A stretch of 35,905 nt of DNA, taken from contig JAFSFF010000393.1 of NCBI GenBank assembly GCA_017435375.1, positions 1-35,905 on the forward strand. Reading direction: 5' to 3'. The notes below the pieces were generated by a model, which worked only from the letters and a program-made list of their open reading frames with translations, made no database searches and was not told where the DNA came from. Position numbers and translations under genes: made by a program. Within the stretch, counting starts at the first letter, position 1. Every line of letters starts with the position of its first letter. The stretch is from Thermoguttaceae bacterium (lineage in GTDB: Bacteria > Planctomycetota > Planctomycetia > Pirellulales > Thermoguttaceae). Below are positions 8,909 through 17,547 of the stretch, one piece after another.

Positions 8909-9196
8909 ACGTCAAATTAAGGGCGAACGACGGCGAGCGCGGCGTTCGACAAGCTGAGAAAAGCGATTTTGCAACGGCGTTTCTCAAAACTATCCGCTCT
9001 TATTTTAACCGATTTTTCCGCCTTCGTCCAGCGGGGGAGAAAATTTTTTTCGAGCGTTCGTTTAGAGATCGCGGCGGTCGGCGGCGAACGCAAAATGGGG
9101 AGACGTCCGAGATGTTACACGTTGTTGTCATATTTTATTAATGCTTAACGAAATGCGACGGACGGGGCGTTTTAGAACGGGGATAAACGCCCCCGC

Positions 9197-9224
9197 TTGC
9201 GAAACGTTGAAAAACGAGTATAAT
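9197..9224 (+). promoter_or_regulatory. Candidate sigma70-type promoter for trpS
   Basis: TTGCGA (9197-9202), a 16-nt spacer, then TATAAT (9219-9224). It sits about 70 nt upstream of the trpS ATG. Confidence 0.4.
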
Positions 9225-9296
9225 ATTAGCGTCGACGTTAAGCGCGCCGTCGCGGAACGTCTTGAAATAGAATTGAGAAGCGAAATTGGAAAAGCG

Positions 9297-10295
9297 ATGA
9301 AAAAAAGACTCTTGACCGGCTTGCAACCGAGCGGCGTGTTGACGATCGGAAATTATTGCGGGGGAATCAAACAGGTCGTTAATTATCAAAACGATTACGA
9401 AACCTTCCTTTTTGTGCCGGATATGCACGCGATCACCGTGCCGCAAGACCCGGAATTGCTTCATCGTCGAATTCGCGAAGTCGTCGGGATGTACCTCGCT
9501 TGCGGCGTTTCTCCGGACGAAAATCATATTTACATTCAGTCGGAAGTGCCGCAACACGCGAACCTCTCTTGGATTCTCGAATGCACCGCTTATATGGGCG
9601 AAATGTCGCGGATGACGCAATTTAAGGCGAAGTCCGAAGAACAGGAGAAGAAAAAGAAGGAAATCGGATGCGGGCTTTTCACCTATCCGATTTTGATGGC
9701 GGCCGATATTTTGCTTTACAACGCGCACGTCGTTCCGACCGGCGCCGACCAAAAGCAGCACGTCGAACTGGCGCGCAATTTGGCGCAACGTTTTAACTCG
9801 AAGTACGGCGAAACGTTCGTCGTTCCGGAACCGCTCATTCCGACCGTCGGGGCGAAAATCCGCGACCTGCAAGCGCCGGAAAAGAAGATGAGCAAGAGTT
9901 GCGAGAATCCGAAAGCGTCGATTTTCTTGACCGATACCGAGAAAGAAGCGCGCAAAAAGATTATGAGCGCCGTTACCGACTCCGGCGAAGGCGTTTATTT
10001 CGACGAAACGAACAAGCCCGGCGTTTCGAATTTGCTGACGATTTATTCCGTTTTCAAAGGATTGACGATTCCGGAAACGGAAAAGCATTTCGAAAGCGCT
10101 CGATACGGCGATTTGAAGAAGGAAGTCGCCGAAGTTGTCTGTGCGTTCTTGGCCGAGTTGCAAGATAAATTTGCCGAGACGATGAAGTCGGGAATTGTCG
10201 ACGAAACGCTCGACCGCGGGCGCGATTACGCTCGCCAAATCGCCGAGGAAACGTACGACAAAGCGCGTCGGCTTGTCGGTTTCGGCCGAGTTTAA
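9297..10295 (+). CDS. trpS: Tryptophan--tRNA ligase
   Basis: It starts MKKRLLTGLQPSGVLTIGNY, with GADQKQH and the class I KMSKS motif. Starting at the internal ATG 9297 gives 332 aa. The 52-codon upstream extension in the track is not TrpS-like. Confidence 0.9.
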   Translation: MKKRLLTGLQPSGVLTIGNYCGGIKQVVNYQNDYETFLFVPDMHAITVPQDPELLHRRIREVVGMYLACGVSPDENHIYIQSEVPQHANLSWILECTAYMGEMSRMTQFKAKSEEQEKKKKEIGCGLFTYPILMAADILLYNAHVVPTGADQKQHVELARNLAQRFNSKYGETFVVPEPLIPTVGAKIRDLQAPEKKMSKSCENPKASIFLTDTEKEARKKIMSAVTDSGEGVYFDETNKPGVSNLLTIYSVFKGLTIPETEKHFESARYGDLKKEVAEVVCAFLAELQDKFAETMKSGIVDETLDRGRDYARQIAEETYDKARRLVGFGRV

Positions 10296-10325
10296 CGGTT
10301 TTGACGAAACGTTAACAAGCGAAAA

Positions 10326-10359
10326 TTTAGGCGCGACGAAGTATTTTGGCGCGCCTAAA
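10326..10359 (+). terminator. Stem-loop downstream of trpS; a possible terminator with a weak U-tract
   Basis: TTTAGGCGCG (10326-10335) pairs with CGCGCCTAAA (10350-10359) in a 10-bp stem. Only a short T-run follows. Confidence 0.4.
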
Positions 10360-10493
10360 GGCGTTTCTTGACGTCGGGACGCGTCGGGAACTTATCGCTT
10401 TGCGGCGCGTCTAATTTTCGATGGCGCGACAACGCGATTTTGGGAAAAAGGAGAATAAGACGAGCGGTCGCGGAACGGCGGCGGCTCGACGCG

Positions 10494-11114
10494 ATGACGA
10501 CGGAACGGAATAAAGTGAACGCGACTGCGGACGAACGGCTCTACTGGAACTTTTTTGACGAACAGCGCCACCCGGTTCTTTCGACGACCGACTTTTTTGA
10601 AGAACGTCGAGCGCGGTTCGAGTACGTGCGCGAACAGTTGGAGTTGAACGCCGTGCGACGCGGAGAAAATCGCGTCGATGTAGAACGGACTCGGCATATT
10701 TTGTTCGGCGAACCGATAACGCGGACGGTGCGAGCGTCCGACGCGGAAGCGGAAACGACGACGACCGTTCGCGGGTGGTCGGGCGGACACGCGAATCCGG
10801 ACGCCGCGAAGTTCGGTAAAACGCAAATTCCTAATTTCTGGACGGGCGAGCGTTTTATGTACGAAGTTTCCGATATTCTCGCCGATTCTAATTCGCGCTG
10901 GTTTTTACAGGAAAACGCTAGCGACGCCGCGAACGAACGTCCGCAACGCTATGTGTGCGTCGAAGAACGGTTCGGGGTGCCGATTCGCGTCGTCGCGGAG
11001 CGCGTCGACGACGAAATGAAATGCGTTACGGCTTTTCCCGATTACGGGCGCTTTCCGTTGGAGGAACGGCGCGGGATCGTTGTTTCGGCGGACGGAAAAG
11101 ATTTCTTGGAATAG
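10494..11114 (+). CDS. Hypothetical protein with a C-terminal bacterial EndoU-like nuclease domain
   Basis: The C-terminal approximately 130 aa read RHILFGE...WSGGHANPDAAKFGKTQIPNFWTGERFMYEVSDILADSNSRWFLQ...RFGVPIRVVAE...KCVTAFP. From memory, this follows the HILxG...GGH...GKTxFPxxW...SDI...GVxIRVV...TxFP pattern of EndoU_bacteria toxin domains. The start is placed at ATG 10494, though the ORF is open from TTG 10368. Confidence 0.55.
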   Translation: MTTERNKVNATADERLYWNFFDEQRHPVLSTTDFFEERRARFEYVREQLELNAVRRGENRVDVERTRHILFGEPITRTVRASDAEAETTTTVRGWSGGHANPDAAKFGKTQIPNFWTGERFMYEVSDILADSNSRWFLQENASDAANERPQRYVCVEERFGVPIRVVAERVDDEMKCVTAFPDYGRFPLEERRGIVVSADGKDFLE

Positions 11115-11230
11115 CGTTAAACGCAATCTTGACTGGAGCGGAGCGAATTGCGATAAAAAACGCTCCATAACGCGTCGAAAGCGGCGCGAAGGAGCGTTTT
11201 GCGTTTTAAAATAGGCCGGTTTTAACAAAT

Positions 11231-11272
11231 AAACGCCGTCGACGCGTTTGTTTGTTAACGTCGACGGCGTTT
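11231..11272. terminator. Bidirectional stem-loop terminator between convergent genes
   Basis: AAACGCCGTCGACG (11231-11244) pairs with CGTCGACGGCGTTT (11259-11272). The 14-bp perfect stem is flanked by A/T runs on both sides. Confidence 0.65.
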
Positions 11273-11279
11273 GAAACGG

Positions 11280-13046
11280 TTAGAAACCGAAATCGTCGAG
11301 TTCGACTTCTTGCACTTCTTCTTTCGGAACCGGTTTCGCCTTCAGTTGAACCGGATTGCCGTCGACGTAAATCGCCAAATACGGGAGCGCCGGGCAGATC
11401 GATTCGCAAGCGCCGCAACCGACGCAAAGATCGACGTTCGTTTCCGGAATCGTTAGGCCGACTTCCGGATCGCCGTACGGAACCATCTTCACCGCTTGCG
11501 TCGGGCAGTGTTCGGAGCAGGCTCCGCAGTTTTCGTTTCTTGCGTAAACGACGCAGTTTTCCTTAATGAAGACGACGCGCCCCATTTGCGTTAGGTGCTT
11601 TTCCTCCATTTTGAGCGGAAGAATCGCGCCCGCCGGGCAAACTTCGCCGCAAATAACGCAGTCGAAGTTGCAGAAATGTTCGAGCGAAAAGACGACGCGC
11701 GGTTGCATTAAGCCGCGAAGGCCGTATTCGAACGTCGCCGGCTTCAAGACTTTTTGCGGACATTTGGCGACGCAAAGGTGGCAGCCGACGCAACGCTTAT
11801 TGAAGCGTTCGAAGGAAACGGCTCCCGGCGGCGCGATCGGGTGTTCGCGCTTGAACGGCGTTTGGCCGTAATCGGCGGGTTTTTCGGTCGCGGGCGTTTC
11901 GGCGGTTTCGGACGACGCGGCGGAATCGGTCGGGGCGGCGGAATCCGCGGTCGATTTTTCGTCGGCGCCGAAGACGGAGCGAGCGAGGGCGACCGTCGTC
12001 GCGGCGACGCCGAGGGCGATGAAGTCGCGTTTGCCGCGGTCGAACGACGCGATTTCTCGGCGAACGCGTTCCGATTCGCGGGGCGAAAGGAGCGCGTCGA
12101 GCGGGCGGGCGTCCGATTGCGCGGCGTTTTGCGGAGCGGCGTCGTTCGGGGCGACTTGGCCCTTGCGGTTCGAGTCGAACGAAAGCGCGCCTTGGCGGCA
12201 AGTCGTCAAGCAGTCGAAGCAAACGACGCAACGCGACGCGTCGACTTGGAGGTATTGAACGTCGATGCAGGAGCTTTTGCAAGCCTTCGCGCAAAGACCG
12301 CAACCGACGCATTTTTCGGCGTTCAGTCGAATTTTGAAGAACGAAAATTTCGAAAGCGCGCCCAAAATCGTTCCGACCGGGCAAACGGAATTGCAGTAAA
12401 GGCGACCGTAACGTCCGGCGAGAACAAGGAGAATCGCGAAGGAAACGAGCCCGATTCCGAACGCCGCCCAACTTTCCGGCGTCGCGGGAACGTAAACGAA
12501 CGCGTAACTTCCTTGAGCGTTGGCGATCGACGCGAGAACGTTGTTGCCGAGAAGGTAAAGCGGTTTCAAAATCGCGACCGCGATTCGGCCGAAGACGCCG
12601 TAAGGCTCCAAGAGCGCGAGGAACGGAAGACCGAGCGGAAGCGTCGCGACGGCGAGGACGAGAAAACCGGCTCGGCATTTAAACGGATTGGGAAGCCAAC
12701 CGTAATCGCGGCGAATCTTGCGCGGTTTTTGCGCGAATGATTTGAAAAAACGTCCGAAAAACGCTAAAACGTCTTGAAAAATTCCCAACGGGCAAACGAC
12801 CGAGCAGTAAACGCGACCGAAAATAAGCGTCAAAAGGACGAGGGTCGCGAAAACGCCGAACGCGCCGGCGGCGATCGACGGAATTAGTTGGATTTTCGCG
12901 AGCCAAATGGCTTGCGACGGAACGAACCCGGCGAAGTCGAGGAAAAATAACGTTAAAACGGTAAAAACGACGGCGGCGACGGCGACGCGCGCCCAACGAA
13001 GGCGGCGGCCCGGCTGCGACGGGCGCGAGGCGGTTTTCTTTTGCAT
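11280..13046 (-). CDS. Membrane-anchored polyferredoxin: a NapH/MauN-like N-terminal membrane domain plus multiple 4Fe-4S ferredoxin domains
   Basis: Several TM helices carry CSVVCPLG and CNSVCPVG motifs. These are followed by CVGCGLCAKAC, CVVCFDCLTTC, CVGCHLCVAKCP, CVICGEVCP, CGACSEHCP and CVGCGACESICP clusters. I place the start at ATG 13046 (MQKKTASRP...), because the 82-codon upstream extension is R/S-rich and not protein-like. Confidence 0.75.
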   Translation of the reverse strand: MQKKTASRPSQPGRRLRWARVAVAAVVFTVLTLFFLDFAGFVPSQAIWLAKIQLIPSIAAGAFGVFATLVLLTLIFGRVYCSVVCPLGIFQDVLAFFGRFFKSFAQKPRKIRRDYGWLPNPFKCRAGFLVLAVATLPLGLPFLALLEPYGVFGRIAVAILKPLYLLGNNVLASIANAQGSYAFVYVPATPESWAAFGIGLVSFAILLVLAGRYGRLYCNSVCPVGTILGALSKFSFFKIRLNAEKCVGCGLCAKACKSSCIDVQYLQVDASRCVVCFDCLTTCRQGALSFDSNRKGQVAPNDAAPQNAAQSDARPLDALLSPRESERVRREIASFDRGKRDFIALGVAATTVALARSVFGADEKSTADSAAPTDSAASSETAETPATEKPADYGQTPFKREHPIAPPGAVSFERFNKRCVGCHLCVAKCPQKVLKPATFEYGLRGLMQPRVVFSLEHFCNFDCVICGEVCPAGAILPLKMEEKHLTQMGRVVFIKENCVVYARNENCGACSEHCPTQAVKMVPYGDPEVGLTIPETNVDLCVGCGACESICPALPYLAIYVDGNPVQLKAKPVPKEEVQEVELDDFGF

Positions 13047-13331
13047 AACGACGACTAAAATGGACGGCGAGAACTTGGATAAAATGGAACAAGAGCGAAA
13101 CGAAGACGAACGCTCCGACCGAAAATGTCGACGGCGCGTCGGAAGGCGGCGATTCCAACGGGAAGAAACGCTCCAAGACGACCGATTAAGGCAAAACGCA
13201 ACTCTAAACGTCGAAAACGATCGCGCGAAATTCGGCGTTTTACGGAAAACGGAATCGTTCGAACGCCGCTCGCGACGACAAGCGAAAAACAAGCGGCGTT
13301 CAAATTAAAGCGTTCAAACGAGTTAAGCGAA

Positions 13332-14273
13332 TTACATCTTAACGCGTTCGACGTTGAGTTTGCTCAAGTCGGCGACGCCGAGTTTCAGCTCTTCCGCCAT
13401 CGCGACGTAACGAACGTTTTCGAGCGGCATCTTTTGGAATTGGTTGAACGTGCGAATCGCGGCGACGTCGACGGCGACCGGGTCGGTCGACATAAAGAGG
13501 CATTTCGGCGTAACGACGTCCGCTTCGTTGCGACCGCGCGGGCCGTTCGCTTTCATCGCGCGGTAAGCGTCGACGACGTTCAGGCAAGCCGGTTTGTCGT
13601 ACGTGCCGATATCGGCGATCGCTTGGTCGAGGCCGAGACGGTGGAACGCTTGGCGATCCCAAACGACGCCCATCAGGTTTTTCATCGCGATCGTCATCTT
13701 CGCGCCGCCGTGATTCTTGAGAATCGGAGCGTTGAACCAAACGTCGCAGTCGAGAATCGCTTCGTGAATCTTCGCCTTTTTGAGGACTTTCGCTTTCGGA
13801 AGGGAAACTTCGCGGTAATAGCGTTCTTCGTTCGCCGGAACGACGACGGCGCCGGCCTTTTTCGCGGCGGCTTCGATACCGCTGTTTTCGTACGAACGGC
13901 GCCAGTTGTCGCAGGTGTTGTCGAAAACGACGATTTCTTTCGCGCCGCAGTCTTTAGCGGCGTTGATCATCGCGACGATCAGTTCCGGGTTCGTGTTCGC
14001 GGCGAGTTCCGGTTTTTTGTCCCAACCGATGTTCGGCTTAATGACGACCTTGGCGCCTTTGTCGACGAAACGGCTCATACCGCCGAGCGCTTCGATCCCT
14101 TTTTCAAACATCGCGCCCGGTTCGCCGCCCATCAAAGCGACGAGGTCGACGTCGGAACCGGCGGCGTTTTTGCCTTGTTGGGCGAGAACGGCGATCGGAG
14201 CGGCGGAACTGAAGGTCGTCGTCATACCGGCGAGCGCGACCGTTTTCAAGAAATCTTTGCGAGTCATTTCCAT
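13332..14273 (-). CDS. Tat-signal DUF362 domain-containing protein
   Basis: MEMTRKDFLKTVALAGMTTTFSSAAPIAVLAQ is a Tat-like signal. The DUF362-type core reads VVIKPNIGWDKKPELAANTNPELIVAMI. GAAAGG lies upstream of the ATG at 14273. Confidence 0.7.
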   Translation of the reverse strand: MEMTRKDFLKTVALAGMTTTFSSAAPIAVLAQQGKNAAGSDVDLVALMGGEPGAMFEKGIEALGGMSRFVDKGAKVVIKPNIGWDKKPELAANTNPELIVAMINAAKDCGAKEIVVFDNTCDNWRRSYENSGIEAAAKKAGAVVVPANEERYYREVSLPKAKVLKKAKIHEAILDCDVWFNAPILKNHGGAKMTIAMKNLMGVVWDRQAFHRLGLDQAIADIGTYDKPACLNVVDAYRAMKANGPRGRNEADVVTPKCLFMSTDPVAVDVAAIRTFNQFQKMPLENVRYVAMAEELKLGVADLSKLNVERVKM

Positions 14274-14351
14274 AAGTAGAACCTTTCGATGTTTGATAAC
14301 CGATGCGAAAAATATGTCGCGAAAACGCAACGGGAGCGCCTCGTTAATTTT

Positions 14352-14379
14352 ATTTTAACCGCGTTCCTCGACTTGTAAA
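14352..14379 (-). promoter_or_regulatory. Candidate promoter for the DUF362 gene
   Basis: On the minus strand: TTTACA (14379-14374), a 16-nt spacer, then TAAAAT (14357-14352). It sits about 75 nt upstream of the start codon. Confidence 0.35.
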
Positions 14380-14656
14380 GTAGGGGGAGAAACGGCCTAG
14401 GGGCGTCGCGTCAATTTTTAGAAAGGATTTCGCCGCCTCGAAGAAAGGGGAAAAATCGAACGGAGAAGAGCGTTATACGGAAAAAGAGCGCGCAAAACCC
14501 CTTGCCCCGCGACGAGAACGCGGTCGTCGGCGCGAGTAAAAAAGCCGAGAACCGCGAACGCCGACGTTGGAAAATCGGCGTCGCGGTCTAACGGTTTTAA
14601 CGGTCGAAACGGTTTTGCGTCGTTTCAACCGAGAAAACGGAGCGTCCGGACGGTTT

Positions 14657-15811
14657 TCAGTTGAGCGCCGCTTTCAGCGCGTCGACTTTATCCGTCTTTT
14701 CCCAAGTGAAATCGTCGTCGTTACGACCGAAGTGGCCGCCGAACGCGGTCTTTTCGTAAATCGGGCGGCGGAGTTGGAGCGTGTCGATAATGCCGCGCGG
14801 GGTGAGCGGGAAGACTTCGCGCACCGCTTCGGCGAGTTTCTTTTCGCAAACTTTGCCGGTTCCGGCCAAGTCGATCAGGACGCTGACCGGCTCCGAAACG
14901 CCGATGGCGTAGGCGAGTTGAACTTCGCACGAGTCGGCCAAACCCGCCGCGACGATGTTTTTCGCGACGTAACGGGCCATATACGCGGCGCTGCGGTCGA
15001 CCTTGGTCGGGTCTTTGCCGGAGAACGCGCCGCCGCCGTGTCGGGCCCAACCGCCGTAGGTGTCGACGATGATTTTGCGCCCGGTCAGACCGCAGTCGCC
15101 GTGCGGGCCGCCGACGACGAATTTGCCGGTCGGATTGACGTAATATTTCGTGTTTTCGTCGAGGAGTTCGGCCGGAATGCACGGAACGATCGTGTTCGGG
15201 ATAATCCATTCGCGAATACCGGCTTGATCGATCGACGGGTCGTGCTGCGTCGAGACGACGACGGCGTCGACGCGAACCGGTTTGTCGCCGTCGTATTCGA
15301 CGGTAACTTGGCTCTTCGAGTCCGGACGGAGCCAATCGACTTCCTTCGCGAAACGTTGGTCGGCCAAGCGGTTCGTAATGCGGTGCGCCAACGCGATCGG
15401 GAGCGGCATCAGCTCCGGCGTTTGGTTGCAGGCGTAACCGAACATCAAGCCTTGGTCGCCGGCGCCGACGTCTTTAGTGTCGGACGAGTCGACGCCCTGC
15501 GCGATGTCCGGGCTTTGACGGTCGAGCGCGATCATTACGGCGCAGGTTTTCGCGTTAATGCCGTATTCGTCGTCCGTGTAGCCGACGCGTTCGATGGCGC
15601 CGCGGACGATTTGTTGGTAGTCGAGCCGCGCTTTCGTCGTAATTTCGCCCGCGACGACGGCCAAACCGGTCGTCGTCATCGTTTCGCAGGCGACGCGGCT
15701 CATAGGGTCTTGCGCCAAGCAGGCGTCGAGAACGCTGTCCGAGACGCGGTCGGCGAGTTTGTCCGGGTGGCCCATGCCGACGGCTTCGCTGGTGAAATAT
15801 CGTTTCGCCAT
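14657..15811 (-). CDS. metK: S-adenosylmethionine synthase
   Basis: It starts [25 protein letters not shown] and contains [28 protein letters not shown] and other universal MetK blocks. AAGGAGA lies 8 nt upstream of the ATG. The + strand ORF 14567-15922 is a shadow. Confidence 0.95.
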   Translation of the reverse strand: MAKRYFTSEAVGMGHPDKLADRVSDSVLDACLAQDPMSRVACETMTTTGLAVVAGEITTKARLDYQQIVRGAIERVGYTDDEYGINAKTCAVMIALDRQSPDIAQGVDSSDTKDVGAGDQGLMFGYACNQTPELMPLPIALAHRITNRLADQRFAKEVDWLRPDSKSQVTVEYDGDKPVRVDAVVVSTQHDPSIDQAGIREWIIPNTIVPCIPAELLDENTKYYVNPTGKFVVGGPHGDCGLTGRKIIVDTYGGWARHGGGAFSGKDPTKVDRSAAYMARYVAKNIVAAGLADSCEVQLAYAIGVSEPVSVLIDLAGTGKVCEKKLAEAVREVFPLTPRGIIDTLQLRRPIYEKTAFGGHFGRNDDDFTWEKTDKVDALKAALN

Positions 15812-15990
15812 TATGGTTTTCGTCTCCTTAACGTCGGTTCGTCGCGGGTATCAAAAAGTGGGCGACGAGGGCGGCGCGTTGATAATGGATGGGGGAATGC
15901 GGTTGACGATAGCGTCGTGTAAAAAGCGGGGCGGGCGTCGACGAGGGAACGCTTACGCCCGCCGCGTCGCCGTTTTTTCGCTTACTCTAT

Positions 15991-16019
15991 ATAATACTCT
16001 CGACGCGGCCAAAATTCAA
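15991..16019 (-). promoter_or_regulatory. Candidate sigma70-type promoter for metK
   Basis: On the minus strand: CCCCCCTTGAAT (-35 at 16019-16014), a 17-nt spacer, then TATTAT (15996-15991). This leaves a leader of about 170 nt before the metK ATG. Confidence 0.45.
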
Positions 16020-16361
16020 GGGGGGCGAGGCGATTTTTTTGCGCGTTTCCCTTCTTCTTTTCGTAATTTTTTTCCAACGTCGCGAAGCGTGCGGAAGGTT
16101 GGGGTATTAACGACAAGGACGTTCTTTTTCGTCGGGCGTCGACGGCGGCGAATCGTATTTTTTCGCGTGAAAAACGAAAAAAAAGAGACGCGGGCGCTAG
16201 TAATATCGGGCGTCCGGCGCTATAATTAATCGAAACGATTATAACGTCGACTCGGCGTTTTCCGAGCGGCGACTTCGGCTCGCGCTTCGAATCGACGGCG
16301 TTCGCGGCGCGGCGTCGATTCGTGCGAACGACGTTGGAAAACGGTAGGGAGGATTCGAAAT

Positions 16362-17456
16362 ATGCCCTTATTGATTTTGCGTTGCGTTTTTATTTTGGTA
16401 ACGAGCGGCGTCGGCGTCGCGATCATTCGCGGCGGCGCGACCGGTTCGAGCGCGGCCGGTTTGGCGACATTTTTCTTAATGTTGCTTTCGGCCCTCGGCG
16501 TCGTCGCGCTCGATATGGCGTTTCCGAAAAAGAAAATCGAGTGGATTTCCGCCGTCTATTTCGGTTTGCTCGTCGGTTTGTTAACGACGTACCTGATGGG
16601 GCTCGCGTTGGAGCCGTTTTTCGCGGACGTCGCGGGCGACCCGACCGGTTCGGGAGACGATTTGCGGCGCAACGTTACGTCGGCGCTTCTGATCACTTTC
16701 TGCTATTGCGGCGTCAGTTTCCTTTTGCAAACGCGAAACGATTTCCGGTTCATTATTCCTTACGTCGAGTTTCAACGCAACGTGAAGGGGATTAAGCCGT
16801 TGATTCTCGACACCAGCGTCGTCATCGACGGGCGCATCGCCGACGTGATGGAAACGAAAATCGTCGACAGTCCGCTCCTGATGCCGCGCTTCGCGATCGT
16901 CGAACTGCAACATATCGCCGACAGCGCCGACCGCAGCCGCCGAACGCGCGGACGTCGCGGGCTCGACATTTTGAGTCGACTTCAAAATATGCCCGGCGTC
17001 GACCTGCAAATCGACGACAGCGAGCTGCCGGAATACGCGAATCAGCCGGTCGACTTGAAGCTCGTCGCGCTGGCCAAACACCTCGAAGGCAAGCTCGTTA
17101 CCAACGACTATAACTTGAATAAAGTCGCGAAATTGCAAGGCGTTACGGTCATCAACTTGAACGACTTGGCGAATTCGCTGAAACCGGTCTTCCTTCCGGG
17201 CGAACGGTTCGAAGTCGACGTCGTGAAGACCGGCGAAGAAGTCGGGCAGGGCGTCGCGTATCTCGACGACGGAACGATGGTCGTCGTCGACCAAGGGCGC
17301 AATCACATCGCCGAGCGCGTCGTGGTTACCGTAACGAGCGTCCTGCAAACGAGCGCCGGGCGGATGATCTTCGCGCGGTACGAGTACACGACGAAAAAAC
17401 TCGCCGGAACGACGATTATCTTGGATAATAACGCGAATAAGTCGCAGAAATCCTAG
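16362..17456 (+). CDS. Membrane-anchored PIN/TRAM domain protein (YacL-like)
   Basis: Four N-terminal TM segments are followed by a PIN domain (LILDTSVVIDGRI...LVTNDYNLNKVA) and a C-terminal TRAM-like beta segment (GERFEVDVVKTGEEVGQGVAYLDDGTMVVV). Confidence 0.75.
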   Translation: MPLLILRCVFILVTSGVGVAIIRGGATGSSAAGLATFFLMLLSALGVVALDMAFPKKKIEWISAVYFGLLVGLLTTYLMGLALEPFFADVAGDPTGSGDDLRRNVTSALLITFCYCGVSFLLQTRNDFRFIIPYVEFQRNVKGIKPLILDTSVVIDGRIADVMETKIVDSPLLMPRFAIVELQHIADSADRSRRTRGRRGLDILSRLQNMPGVDLQIDDSELPEYANQPVDLKLVALAKHLEGKLVTNDYNLNKVAKLQGVTVINLNDLANSLKPVFLPGERFEVDVVKTGEEVGQGVAYLDDGTMVVVDQGRNHIAERVVVTVTSVLQTSAGRMIFARYEYTTKKLAGTTIILDNNANKSQKS

Positions 17457-17547
17457 GTTAAAACGGAAATCGACGACGGCGTTTCCGTTCGATTAACGGA
17501 ACGTCGCGTCGTTTTTGTTGAAAACGTTGAAAAAGGAGCGTGTGTCG

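Noticed and set aside
7700-8920. A 406-aa ORF on the + strand, antisense to apgM. Similar long antisense ORFs are 14567-15922 (opposite metK), 19963-21690 (opposite pgm), 9138-10238 (opposite trpS), 13125-14279 (opposite DUF362), 31530-32639 (opposite aroF) and 34564-35535 (opposite the GH172-like gene).
   Set aside because: Their translations are low-complexity and rich in R, V, D, A and G, with no motifs. Each exactly mirrors a confidently identified gene on the other strand. They are shadow ORFs produced by the strong CpG/GC3 codon bias, not overlapping genes.
13047-13292. An 82-codon N-terminal extension of the polyferredoxin ORF. Similar upstream extensions occur at trpS (9141-9296), pgm (20008-20037), queC (5582-5656) and the EndoU-like gene (10368-10493).
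   Set aside because: The extensions are R/S-rich and do not match the conserved N-termini of the families. Internal ATGs restore the canonical N-termini, and several of them have better RBS-like sequences.
15812-15990. Assignment of the metK leader to a specific SAM riboswitch class
   Set aside because: I could not find the conserved cores of SAM-I (S-box), SAM-II/V, SAM-IV, SAM-VI or SAM/SAH by eye. The hairpin also lies too close to the predicted transcription start to be an expression platform after an aptamer. It is reported only as an unexplained structured leader.
16281-16300. A tRNA-like T-arm fragment (CTTCGAATCG) in the yacL-like leader. I also looked across all intergenic regions for tRNA, rRNA and CRISPR repeats.
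   Set aside because: No acceptor, D-arm or anticodon arm can be built around it. No GGTTCGAATCC-type T-loop was found elsewhere. No regularly spaced direct repeats were found in any intergenic region.
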